64,000 nucleotides of DNA. It comes from Gemmatimonadales bacterium. GTDB taxonomy: Bacteria > Gemmatimonadota > Gemmatimonadetes > Gemmatimonadales > GWC2-71-9. The notes beneath the pieces are model-generated. The model was not told the DNA's origin. It was given only the letters and a program-made list of their open reading frames with translations, and did not search any database. Of the stretch, positions 41,101 through 48,840 are shown piece by piece. The stretch covers positions 37,098-101,097 of the forward strand of contig DASYPP010000009.1 of assembly GCA_036006525.1 (NCBI GenBank). The letters are read 5' to 3'. The position numbers and the translations under genes were made by a program. Each line of letters opens with the position of its first letter. Position 1 is the first letter of the stretch.

Positions 41101-41289
41101 CGCTGGAGCATGGTCGGACGGGTCCGGCTGCTCCGGGCCGCCGCGCTGGAGAAGCTGGGGCGACGAGAGGCGGCCGCGACCGAGTACCGGGCAGTGCTGG
41201 CCCAGTGGAAGGAGTCGACCTCCCCGGTGCTGGAGCCGTACCTCCGCCAGGCCCAGCAGGGGCTGGCCCGAACCACCGGCGAAGGCTGA
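38182..41289 (+). CDS. membrane serine/threonine protein kinase with large extracytoplasmic TPR-containing domain
   Basis: GRGGMGMVF, VAVK, VHRDIKPENIL, DFGIA and SPE kinase motifs. Single TM (LMPMLIGAGALVLTLAGVALAL). About 700-aa C-terminal region with TPR-like repeats. Confidence 0.9.
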   Translation: MTIEADELVARLQAALGTHYRIERELGRGGMGMVFLATDTTLDRPVAVKVMHPDLSVHGSIIQRFLAEARMIAKLRHPNIVAVHAAGEATGIFYYVMDHVPGDSLRERLNRVGKLGPDEAGRIMADMAEALAAAGRAGLVHRDIKPENILLDEATGRALLADFGIARVAAAETSLQLTGQGIAVGTPTYMSPEQAAGETVDTRSDLYGLGIVGYEMLAGHPPFRGANGAAVISMQLSEKPVPIDRIRPETPAALVIAVMRALEKSPDRRWQTGTEMSRALRGDPGRRLHSRRKLMPMLIGAGALVLTLAGVALALTSGNGPPDGINPRHSILILPFDNLREDQAVDWLREGSVNMLSLNMSQWDDLSVVDHERLHDLLGHHKLAVDAPIGLEMARQLARDAGVWTVVLGDYTRSGDSLHLSARVYDVASGERIDVAQVNGVSGEDPRPLYDELAARLLDLSGAPGAARANLSALTTRSLEAYRAYLRGIDLLNQWELTSAEQEFRHALDEDSTFGLAYYKLALTRGWLVGANDSLSFQAIGAATRFSGGLPQHERTVINAYRAFLNGDYVTSQSLYRSLLARDSNDADAWYGLGDALFHDTSSVNVAANKTTSLRSFNRTLALDPAYTLAYEHIMNMLTEASNERPFLALVSRDSFRLATSKTGQPILDSARVRQAVALARSEALAAGHQWVTNQPDAIRAHTNLIEVMIASRDFNGALAELQRTRTMPAGVNRPDLVFTEGRIRFASGDIDGAVDAFRHAMDTLEAGDFSLAPALSYVEVNTAAGVFSYIGDLDGATRAIELGDSVRRLIRPGMIDERSYEHFQRVALGMLYAGSGGPVPELRRLWESAAEEARTAPQSRRPDLARSGTPAAVGLFGEGDTTALTELKALTREPLPKEFRALIAVKRGESAEARRILGEQDSPEMRAGWSGDISDRRPYEAQAWYLLGDYQRAIDILDGFDPEHLYKRGFDYRWSMVGRVRLLRAAALEKLGRREAAATEYRAVLAQWKESTSPVLEPYLRQAQQGLARTTGEG

Positions 41290-41317
41290 CCGGTGCGGTT
41301 CGGGCCGGTTATCTTTG

Positions 41318-41731
41318 CCGGACGGGCAGGGTGCGATGGTCGCGGTGGCCTTCGGGTCATCGAGGAAAGTCCGAGCTCCGCCGGGTAGACTGCCAGGTAA
41401 CGCCTGGGCGCCGAAGGGCGACGGAAAGGGCCACAGAAAACAGACCGCCCCAAGCAAGCGCAAGCAAGCGAAGGGTAAGGGTGAAACGGTGGGGTAAGAG
41501 CCCACCGCGCTCCTGGTAACAGGAGTGGCACGGTAACCCCCAGTCGGAGCAAGGCCAAATAGGCGGCGAGGTGTGACCCACACCGCCCTTCCGGAGCAAT
41601 CCGGTTGGACAGCCGCGGGTAGGCTGCTAGAGGTGTCTGGTGACAGGCATCCCAGAGAGATGACCATCCTTCCAGCGCCACTCACGTGGCGTAAAGGAAG
41701 AACAGAACTCGGCTTACGGCCCTGCCCCCGG
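41318..41731 (+). ncRNA. rnpB: RNase P RNA, bacterial type A
   Basis: Universal P4 strands GAGGAAAGTCCGAGCTCC and ACAGAACTCGGCTTA. CACAGAAAACAGACCGCC, GGTAAGGGTGAAACGGTGGGGTAAGAGCCCACC. P1 closes GGGCAGGG (41324..41331) with CCCTGCCC (41720..41727). Confidence 0.92.
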
Positions 41732-41769
41732 GGCCCCGGCGTCGCGACGGCGTCGGGGCCTCATTGTTG
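41732..41769 (+). terminator. GC-rich hairpin downstream of rnpB (terminator-like)
   Basis: 13-bp stem (two G-U pairs) at 41732..41744 / 41748..41760 with a 3-nt loop, followed by TCATTGTTG. Confidence 0.45.
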
Positions 41770-41856
41770 CTCAGGGAGGGCCACCTTGCTCGGTAGTGAC
41801 CGGCTGGCGAACTTTATCCGCCCCGCGGCACATTCTGTCATCCACTGAGAGCAGCT

Positions 41857-42069
41857 GTGAAGAATGACGGCCCGGACCGGCCTTATCCGGCCAAGTGGGA
41901 AAGCGTGGCCCATCTGCGGGTATTTCGCGCCTCGCCCGGTGATTGGGCCAAGGTGGTGAGTTGGCGCGCGGATATGATGAAACGCGGATGGCGATTGCTG
42001 CGGGTGAGTTCCGACGCGGAAGAAATCGTCGCCGTTTTTGGGAAAACGAAAATTGGCCAAAGTACCTGA
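41857..42069 (+). CDS. small hypothetical protein (70 aa)
   Basis: GTG-start ORF with coding-like codon usage, ending 22 nt before the next gene. The C-terminal GWRLLRVSSDAEEIVAVFGKTK segment looks like a small alpha/beta domain. No family assignment. Confidence 0.4.
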   Translation: MKNDGPDRPYPAKWESVAHLRVFRASPGDWAKVVSWRADMMKRGWRLLRVSSDAEEIVAVFGKTKIGQST

Positions 42070-42091
42070 CCCTCAACCAAGGCAAGATTCA

Positions 42092-42877
42092 ATGTACGCA
42101 TTACGCTCCAGCACGTTCGCGGCGCTGGCCCTGGCGGGCCTGGCCGGCGGGATTGTGCTCGCGCCTCCACAGACGACCCACTACAAGATCGAGACTCGCT
42201 CGGAGCAGATCGTCGATCTCTCCGCGGTGGGCCAGGGCGAGCAGCACAATAACATCGCCCTCGTGAACTTCCTCACGGTGACTCTCAGCGACACCGCCGG
42301 GGGCCGGACGGTCCATGCCGTCCTGGACTCGATGCTCAAGGCCGACACCAATCCGCTCCCGGCGCAGAGCACCCTGGACAGCGCCAAGGGGCGGACCTGG
42401 CATGGCTTGATGGACGCCGATGGACGGCTCTCCGGCGTGAAACGGATGGATAGCACCGAGGGCGGCGGCGGTGACCTGCTCACCAACTTCTTCCCCCGGG
42501 TGAAACGGGGCGCGAAGGTGGGCGACAACTGGACCGATACTTCCGAAACCGCGACCAATGAGGCGGGACAGTCCATCACGACCCGCACCGTGACCAACTA
42601 CCGGGTGGCCGGGGCGGAGAACCACAACGGCACTCATGCCCTCCGCATCGAGACCGCCTTCAGCCTTTCCCAGACCGGTGAGATCAACAATGCCGGCGGC
42701 TCGCTCGGGGTGGACGGCACCGGCACCGGCACGGCGACCTATTTCGTTTCGGACGATGGCCGCTACCTCGGCGGCAACTCGACGGTGAACTCCGATCTCC
42801 AGATCACCACGGCCCAGCTGCCGGAGCCGATTCCGATCAAGGCCACCAACACGGCGACGATTACGATAGTCAACTGA
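42092..42877 (+). CDS. secreted hypothetical protein, paralog A
   Basis: Signal peptide MYALRSSTFAALALAGLAGGIVLA. Beta-rich sequence colinear with the downstream paralog (LTVTLSD...VLDSMLKAD...GRTWHGLMDADGRLSG vs LTISLAP...VLDSMRLNF...GTRWQGSIGANGRVES). Confidence 0.7.
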   Translation: MYALRSSTFAALALAGLAGGIVLAPPQTTHYKIETRSEQIVDLSAVGQGEQHNNIALVNFLTVTLSDTAGGRTVHAVLDSMLKADTNPLPAQSTLDSAKGRTWHGLMDADGRLSGVKRMDSTEGGGGDLLTNFFPRVKRGAKVGDNWTDTSETATNEAGQSITTRTVTNYRVAGAENHNGTHALRIETAFSLSQTGEINNAGGSLGVDGTGTGTATYFVSDDGRYLGGNSTVNSDLQITTAQLPEPIPIKATNTATITIVN

Positions 42878-42882
42878 GGAAC

Positions 42883-43746
42883 ATGTCTCTCCGGAGTTGG
42901 TCACGGCTCCCGGCGTTGCTGGTGCTGGCGGCATGCGCGTCGACGCGAACCCCCGCCAGCCCCGCCGGGGGCGCTCCTGCCCCCGCCGACGGCACGGTCC
43001 CTGAGAAGCGGGACAACGCGACCCTGTACAGCGCAGTGCCCGTCGCGCGCTACCTGCTCGAATCCCGCGACAGCCTGGCGATGGAGATGCCGGACGGATC
43101 CTTCGGGAACTTCAATGAAAAATCGTCCTACCTGACGATTTCCCTGGCGCCGGCCGGGGCCGGCTTCGCCGTGACCATGGTGCTGGATTCCATGCGGTTG
43201 AACTTCCCCGACAACCTGGCCCAGGCCCTGGTCGACAGCGCGGTCGGTACCCGGTGGCAGGGAAGCATCGGGGCGAATGGCCGGGTGGAATCGCTCGAGC
43301 CGGACCATCCATCGGTGTTCGGCGAGCAGGTGCGGACCAGTTTCCGCCGGCTCTTCCCGGTCCTTCCGGTGACCGGGGCCAAGCCGGGCGACCAGTGGGC
43401 CGATAGCTCGTCCATGACGCTCACGATCGTCAACGGGCTGAGCGTCCAGGAGCACCGCACGACAGAGTACCGGGCCGAGAAGCTGGAAAACATGCGCGGG
43501 GTCCGGGTGCTGGTGCTGCAGAGCACGACGGCGTACCGGGTGGAAGGCGCCGGCACCAGTTTTGGCCAGGAGCTGAGCATCACCGGCCGCGGCACCGCGA
43601 CCGGCACTCACCGCATCAGCACTGACGGGCGCCTGCTCGAGGCCAGCGTGAGCGATTCTGTGGGGATGTCGATCACGGTGCCCGCGGTCGGACAGACGGT
43701 GCCAACCGTTGCCACCTCGCGGTACACGCTCCGCTTGCTGCCGTGA
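42883..43746 (+). CDS. hypothetical lipoprotein, paralog B
   Basis: Lipobox LVLAAC. Colinear similarity to paralog A along the whole mature region. GTGA overlap with mtgA. Confidence 0.7.
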   Translation: MSLRSWSRLPALLVLAACASTRTPASPAGGAPAPADGTVPEKRDNATLYSAVPVARYLLESRDSLAMEMPDGSFGNFNEKSSYLTISLAPAGAGFAVTMVLDSMRLNFPDNLAQALVDSAVGTRWQGSIGANGRVESLEPDHPSVFGEQVRTSFRRLFPVLPVTGAKPGDQWADSSSMTLTIVNGLSVQEHRTTEYRAEKLENMRGVRVLVLQSTTAYRVEGAGTSFGQELSITGRGTATGTHRISTDGRLLEASVSDSVGMSITVPAVGQTVPTVATSRYTLRLLP

Positions 43747-44645
43747 GCCTCTGGCGCAAAGCCGGCCGAGTCATCGTATGGGGCGTAGTGCTGTTCCTCC
43801 TCTGGATCTTCGCGGTCTGGCCTCCTCCCGTCTGGTTCCGCTCCCACTATCCCAATGAGTCGGCGTTCATGCGGATGCGACGCGGCCAGGCCGACTCCAG
43901 CACGCCCGAGCGCCGCTACCGCCCCATCCCGCTCGATTCGATCGCCAAGGCGGTTCCCCGGGCGGTCACCATCGGCGAGGACGACGATTTCTGGAATCAC
44001 GACGGAATCGACTACCGGTCGCTGCGCCACGCCCTGGGCTACAAGCGCGATTCATTTTCCTGGAGCTCACCGAGGGACCGGAAGGACCTGATGGCCGTTC
44101 TGGGACGGGCCTGGGAACGCAGAGAGGCTCTCCGGGGCGCCAGTACCATCACCCAGCAACTGGCCAAGAATCTCTACCTGTCTCCTTCCCGTAATCCGCT
44201 CCGCAAGTTGAAGGAAGCCGTGACGGCCTATCGGCTGGAGACCGCCTTGGGCAAGGAGCGAATCCTGGAGCTCTATCTCAACCTGGTGGAGCTGGGCGAC
44301 GAGGTATGGGGAGTGGAGGCGGCCAGCCAGAAGTATTTCCATCGTCCGGCGCGGCAGCTGTCTATCGAGCAGGCCGCAGCCCTGGCCGGCGCGCTGCCGT
44401 TCCCGTTGTCATCCAATCCGGGCTACCGGCCGGGCCGGATGCGGTGGCGGCAGAACCTGATTCTTCGCAGGATGCGGGGAGAGAACGTCGAGGTGCCGAA
44501 GGTGGAAACCGAGGTAGTCTTGCCGGTGGTTCCGGATACCGGCGCCCTGATACCCGAAGAGCCGGTTCCGCTCGACACGGTACCGGCTCCCTTGCCATTC
44601 GATAGCGTGATTACTCCGCCGGACTCGTCAATCCACCAGCCGTAG
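43743..44645 (+). CDS. mtgA: monofunctional peptidoglycan glycosyltransferase (GT51)
   Basis: GEDDDFWNHDGID, GASTITQQLAKNLYLS and RKLKEAVTAYRLE...KERILELYLN GT51 motifs. N-terminal TM helix and Pro-rich C-terminal tail. Confidence 0.9.
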   Translation: MSLWRKAGRVIVWGVVLFLLWIFAVWPPPVWFRSHYPNESAFMRMRRGQADSSTPERRYRPIPLDSIAKAVPRAVTIGEDDDFWNHDGIDYRSLRHALGYKRDSFSWSSPRDRKDLMAVLGRAWERREALRGASTITQQLAKNLYLSPSRNPLRKLKEAVTAYRLETALGKERILELYLNLVELGDEVWGVEAASQKYFHRPARQLSIEQAAALAGALPFPLSSNPGYRPGRMRWRQNLILRRMRGENVEVPKVETEVVLPVVPDTGALIPEEPVPLDTVPAPLPFDSVITPPDSSIHQP

Positions 44646-45743
44646 CGGCATCACCAGCGTCAGGTAGCTCGCCGAATCGTCCCACCCCACCGGCTCGCAG
44701 GTCGCTGCGCGCTCGGGGCCTTTGAAAGTCATCCGGACCTCGTCGGTCGGGATGTATTTCAGGATCTCGAGCAGGTAGGCGGCGTTGAAGCCGATCTCCA
44801 GCGGGTCCCCCTCGTAGGTGACGGTGACTTCTTCCTGGGCTTCGCCCAGGTCGGGGGTCTGTACCGAGAGCTTGCAGGATCCGTTGGCGAACTGCATCCG
44901 GATCCGGTGAGTCTGGTCGCTGGCCACGATGCTCATCCGGCGGAGCGCCGAGGTCAGGGCCGACTTGTCCGCGGTCGCCGCCTTGTCGTTCTCCCGGGGA
45001 ATCACCTGCTCGTAGTTGGGATAGGGGCCTTCGATCAGCCGGGTGTAGACATGAGTTGTCGCGGACCGGAAGCCCAGGTGGTTCTCGCTCCGGGCAATTT
45101 CCAGCTCCTCCTCGGCGCCGAACAGCCGGCGAATCTGCTCCAGGGCCTTGGGCGGGACGATCAGGTCGGCCTGGTTCTTGGCATTGCCGCCCTTGGTTGG
45201 AATATCCATCCGGGCCAGCCGGTGCCCATTGGTCGCCACCATTCGCATCCGCTCGGGACGAAGCTCCCAGAGCACGCCGTTCAGGATCGGGCGGCTCTCC
45301 TCGGTGCTCGCCGCAAAGGCGACGTGCCCGATCAGCTTCTGCAGGTCAGTGGCCGAGCTTTTCCAGGCCCCGTCGAACTTCACGGAGGGGAACGCGGGGA
45401 ATTCCTCCCGGGGCAGGCCGAGCAGCCGGAACTTGGTCCGGCCGCACTCGATGGTCATACGTTGCTCGCCCGACCCGGTGAAGCGAATGGCGGCACTGGG
45501 CAGTTCGCGGACGATTTCCACCAGCTTCTTGGCGGGGAGGGTGATCGCTCCCTCCTGGTCCACCGAGGCCGGGATGCTGGTTGAAACCCCGATGTCCAGG
45601 TCGGTTCCCGAGAGCCGGAGGGAATCCTTGCCCGCTTCCACCAGGATGTTGGAAAGCACCGGAAGCGTGGTCTTCGTGGGCACGCTCGCCGCAACCGCCA
45701 GCAATCCTTCCTGAAGTTGTTCCCGCGCGATCGTAAACTTCAT
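44628..45743 (-). CDS. dnaN: DNA polymerase III beta sliding clamp
   Basis: 371 aa with full-length DnaN similarity (MKFTIAREQLQEGL...PVLSNILVEA...). Immediately downstream of dnaA. Confidence 0.95.
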   Translation of the reverse strand: MKFTIAREQLQEGLLAVAASVPTKTTLPVLSNILVEAGKDSLRLSGTDLDIGVSTSIPASVDQEGAITLPAKKLVEIVRELPSAAIRFTGSGEQRMTIECGRTKFRLLGLPREEFPAFPSVKFDGAWKSSATDLQKLIGHVAFAASTEESRPILNGVLWELRPERMRMVATNGHRLARMDIPTKGGNAKNQADLIVPPKALEQIRRLFGAEEELEIARSENHLGFRSATTHVYTRLIEGPYPNYEQVIPRENDKAATADKSALTSALRRMSIVASDQTHRIRMQFANGSCKLSVQTPDLGEAQEEVTVTYEGDPLEIGFNAAYLLEILKYIPTDEVRMTFKGPERAATCEPVGWDDSASYLTLVMPLRLVD

Positions 45744-45963
45744 CTCACTCCCCGGTGAGGCTGATAAAGACTGTAACTACCCGAATATATAGAACTAGTA
45801 GCAGTAGTAGAGGGTCTGGATATGTGGACGCAATGGGTACCGGCAATCTCCGTAACGACTTCACCCCGGTTCGCCATGTTGGTACCGTGTGGGCGACGGG
45901 GATGAGACTGCAGTTTTCCCGGCCTTCTCCGCATTACCCACACCGCTACATTCGGCGCGGCGA
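45744..45963. other. oriC: candidate oriC / DnaA-binding region in the dnaA-dnaN intergenic spacer
   Basis: Local AT-rich stretch 45760..45812. TAG-TAG-CAG-TAG-TAG trinucleotide run 45796..45810. DnaA-box-like TTACCCACA (45934..45942, 8/9 to TTATCCACA). Weaker TGTGGAC (45823..45829) and TGTGGGC (45887..45893). Confidence 0.5.
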
Positions 45964-47352
45964 CTATTGTGCGAACAATTCTTGACGAGCCATTTCGATC
46001 CGTTCGCGCAGGCTGCGATCGCGGGCGATCTGGCGCTGCACCTTGTCCACGCTGTGGATGACGGTGGAGTGATCGCGGCCGCCGAAGGCCTGGCCGATTT
46101 CCACCAGCTGCATCTGCAACAGGTCGCGCGCGAGGTACATGGCGATCTGGCGCGGGACCGTGAGAGTCTTGATCCGGGCCTTGGAGCGCAGACCCTCGGG
46201 GGTCACGCCCCATCGCCGGGCGATGACTTCCTGGACCTTGTCGATGGTCGGGAGGGCGCGGGCCGCCGGGGCGCCGGCCTCCTCGCCCAGCTTGATCTTG
46301 TCCGACAGGGCGTCGCGCGCCAGCTCGATCGACACCTCGCGGTGCTTGAGCGAGGCGAAAAGCAGCAGTTTGATGATGCAGCCCTCGAGCTCCCGGACAT
46401 TGGAACGCACGTGCTCGGCGATGAAGCGCAGCACGTCGTCCGGGATGGTCAGCTCCAGGTGGTCCTGCTCCTGTTTCTTGCGCAGGATAGCGATCCGGTG
46501 CTCCAGGTCGGGCTGGCCAATGTCGGCCACCATGCCCCATTCGAACCGGCTCACCAGCCGGGCCTCGAGTCCCGGGATCTCCTTGGGAGGCCGGTCCGAG
46601 GTCAGGACGATCTGTTTCTTCCCCTCGTAGAGCGCGTTAAAGGTGTGGAAGAACTCTTCCTGGGTCATTTCCTTACCTTCCAGGAAGTGCACGTCGTCCA
46701 CCAGGAAGAGGTCCACGTCGCTGCGATAGCGGCGACGGAACTCCGGCATGGTCCGGCTGTGGATGCTTTCGATCACCTCGTTGATGAACTGCTCGGCGCC
46801 GACGTAGAGCACCTGGGTGTCGGGGGAGCGCTCGCACACGGCGTGGGCGATGGCCTGCATGAGGTGGGTCTTGCCCAGCCCGGTCGCCCCATAGATGAAG
46901 AGCGGGTTATAGGTCTTGCCCGGCGCCTCGGCGACCGCATGTGCCGCGGCGGCGGCCAGTTCGTTCGACTTGCCGATGACGAAGGTGTCGAAGGTGTAGC
47001 GCTCGTTCAGCGGTTGGGCGCTGGGATTGGCGCTGGGCGCGGCCGGGGTGGCGGCGGCCTGGGGGGCGACGAAAAAGTCCATCTGGGGTCGGCGCTGCCG
47101 GTCTTCCTGGACCTGGAAGACGACGGACGTGGGACGCCCAATGACCGGCTCCGCCAGGCGAGACAACAGGCTGGCGTGCTTGGACTCGTTCCACTCCGCT
47201 GCGAAGTGGTCCGGGGCGCCAACGATCAGACGCCCATCATCGAGGGCGATCGCCTCCGCCGGCTCCAACCAGGTGCGGACGGTATGTTCAGGTAATTCGC
47301 GATGCGCTTCTTCGAGTATGCGTTTCCAGGCTTCTTTGGCAGACAGCTGCAT
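45964..47352 (-). CDS. dnaA: chromosomal replication initiator protein DnaA
   Basis: AAA+ Walker A GATGLGKTHLMQA, LVDDVHFL, and domain IV (TLTVPRQIAMYLARDL...IGQAFGGRDHSTVIHS). ATG at 47352 (MQLSAKEAWKRILEE) is preferred, because the extension to 47421 would run through the promoter. Confidence 0.95.
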   Translation of the reverse strand: MQLSAKEAWKRILEEAHRELPEHTVRTWLEPAEAIALDDGRLIVGAPDHFAAEWNESKHASLLSRLAEPVIGRPTSVVFQVQEDRQRRPQMDFFVAPQAAATPAAPSANPSAQPLNERYTFDTFVIGKSNELAAAAAHAVAEAPGKTYNPLFIYGATGLGKTHLMQAIAHAVCERSPDTQVLYVGAEQFINEVIESIHSRTMPEFRRRYRSDVDLFLVDDVHFLEGKEMTQEEFFHTFNALYEGKKQIVLTSDRPPKEIPGLEARLVSRFEWGMVADIGQPDLEHRIAILRKKQEQDHLELTIPDDVLRFIAEHVRSNVRELEGCIIKLLLFASLKHREVSIELARDALSDKIKLGEEAGAPAARALPTIDKVQEVIARRWGVTPEGLRSKARIKTLTVPRQIAMYLARDLLQMQLVEIGQAFGGRDHSTVIHSVDKVQRQIARDRSLRERIEMARQELFAQ

Positions 47353-47392
47353 CGTGACTCGATCAACGGTGGGGAGCTTGCAAGGGCCCACG

Positions 47393-47421
47393 ATTGTACG
47401 GGCTGGATGTGGAAAAGTCAA
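47393..47421 (-). promoter_or_regulatory. dnaA promoter with embedded DnaA box
   Basis: On the minus strand: TTGACT (47421..47416), exactly 17 nt, TACAAT (47398..47393). The spacer contains TTTTCCACA (47416..47408, 8/9 to the DnaA box consensus). Confidence 0.65.
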
Positions 47422-47499
47422 CCTTGACCGGGGCTCTCAGCGCCACCACTCGTCAGGCTGGCGAATTCCGCCTCGGTGGCGCACTTGGGCCGAGCCAAC

Positions 47500-48840
47500 T
47501 CACTGAGCCCGCGCCCAGGCCTCGAGCGCAGCAATCGCCGTTCCGATAGCGCCCGCGGCTCCCTTGAACCGCTCAGAACCGGCGGCCGTTCCTGAAGGCG
47601 TGTACCACTCGTTCAGATCGCTGTCCCTCACGAAGAGCTTGAGCATCGGCTGGAGCTCGTCATAAGCCTCCTGGACAAAGCCAAGCCGCACCATCTGTTG
47701 AACCAGCCGACCGCCGAACCAGGGCCAATCGCCCCCGTTCTGGTAGGTGTAGGGGGCGGTTTGCACCGGGTTCACGAAGAACCCATTCGGATAGGGTGGA
47801 TACTGATTGAGCCCGATGGTCCTGGCGCCGGCCTTGACCACGTCGTCCCGCATTCTCCGGATCGTCCAGATCACCTCGGGCCGGCTCAGGAGGTCGGCCT
47901 CCATCGCGACAGCCGTTCCGCCGTGGTATAAGACCTTCGACTCGTCGAACCAGCCCGGAAAGGGCGATCCGCTGTCGAGATACAAATGGGCCTTGAATTT
48001 GTGGCCGTCCCACAAGTGCTGCCGCACGTTGGCCCGGGTGCGGTCCAGGATCGGGTGCCATTTGCCGGCAGGGTCGCCAACGAGGTGGATGTAGTCGCGC
48101 AGCGCGATGATGAACATCGCATTGTCATATATGTCGATGGCTGGATGCGTTTTGTCGTCGAGCCACGCGCCGGGGGAATCTTCGGGCTGGTTGTCGCCCC
48201 AGTCGGCCGTGGTCGCTCCCCAAAGGAGTCCATAGCGAGCCGACAATCGATTGGTCATCAGGTAGTCGAGAGCATCGCCCATTCGAAGGCTCACGGACCG
48301 GCCGTTGACGATCTCGGTGAGAATCGTGCGATCTCCGGTCTTATCCACGTACTTGCGCACGGCCTGAATCAGTGACGTCTCCTGGTCGGTTTCGGCGGTG
48401 TTCTTGAATTGCCTGCCGCTGGACGGGTAGTAGCCGTCTAGAATGTTGCCGGCGATGGTGCCGAAGTGCGGATAGGGGCGCGATGGTGGCGGCGGATTGG
48501 TTACATCGGTACCCTGGTACTGGAAGAACTTGAGGAGCTCGTCCCGTACGGGTCCCGAGGGCTGGGTTTCGAGAAGCAGCTCGATGAACGTATTGAAATC
48601 GCGGATCCAGACCGAGGGATAGCCCGACCCCGCGTCGAACCCATTGGCGAGAATGGCCTGGCAGATCGTCTTGGTCCTCGCAATGTCGGCGTTGTTGAGG
48701 ATGCTGGCGGCGAGCGCCTTCGGATCGCCGACCTGCCCAGTCCCACCATGCGGCGGGATTTGGGTGGCGCATCCCAGGACCACAATTGCCGGGGCGCAAA
48801 TGCCGGCAAGCCAGGCAGCGGCTTTGGTGCGGTTCTTCAT
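47500..48840 (-). CDS. secreted lipoprotein, (alpha/alpha)6-barrel glycoside-hydrolase-like (function uncertain)
   Basis: ATG at 48840 gives MKNRTKAAAWLAGICAPAIVVLGC (lipobox). WIRDFNTF and GGDWPWFGG segments resemble six-hairpin glycosidases. The track extension to 48978 would overlap rpmH. Confidence 0.6.
   Translation of the reverse strand: MKNRTKAAAWLAGICAPAIVVLGCATQIPPHGGTGQVGDPKALAASILNNADIARTKTICQAILANGFDAGSGYPSVWIRDFNTFIELLLETQPSGPVRDELLKFFQYQGTDVTNPPPPSRPYPHFGTIAGNILDGYYPSSGRQFKNTAETDQETSLIQAVRKYVDKTGDRTILTEIVNGRSVSLRMGDALDYLMTNRLSARYGLLWGATTADWGDNQPEDSPGAWLDDKTHPAIDIYDNAMFIIALRDYIHLVGDPAGKWHPILDRTRANVRQHLWDGHKFKAHLYLDSGSPFPGWFDESKVLYHGGTAVAMEADLLSRPEVIWTIRRMRDDVVKAGARTIGLNQYPPYPNGFFVNPVQTAPYTYQNGGDWPWFGGRLVQQMVRLGFVQEAYDELQPMLKLFVRDSDLNEWYTPSGTAAGSERFKGAAGAIGTAIAALEAWARAQ

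Noticed and set aside
41023-41685. ORFs of 60-220 aa on both strands across 41023..41848.
   Set aside because: They overlap the RNase P RNA gene, whose conserved sequence and structure elements explain the region completely.
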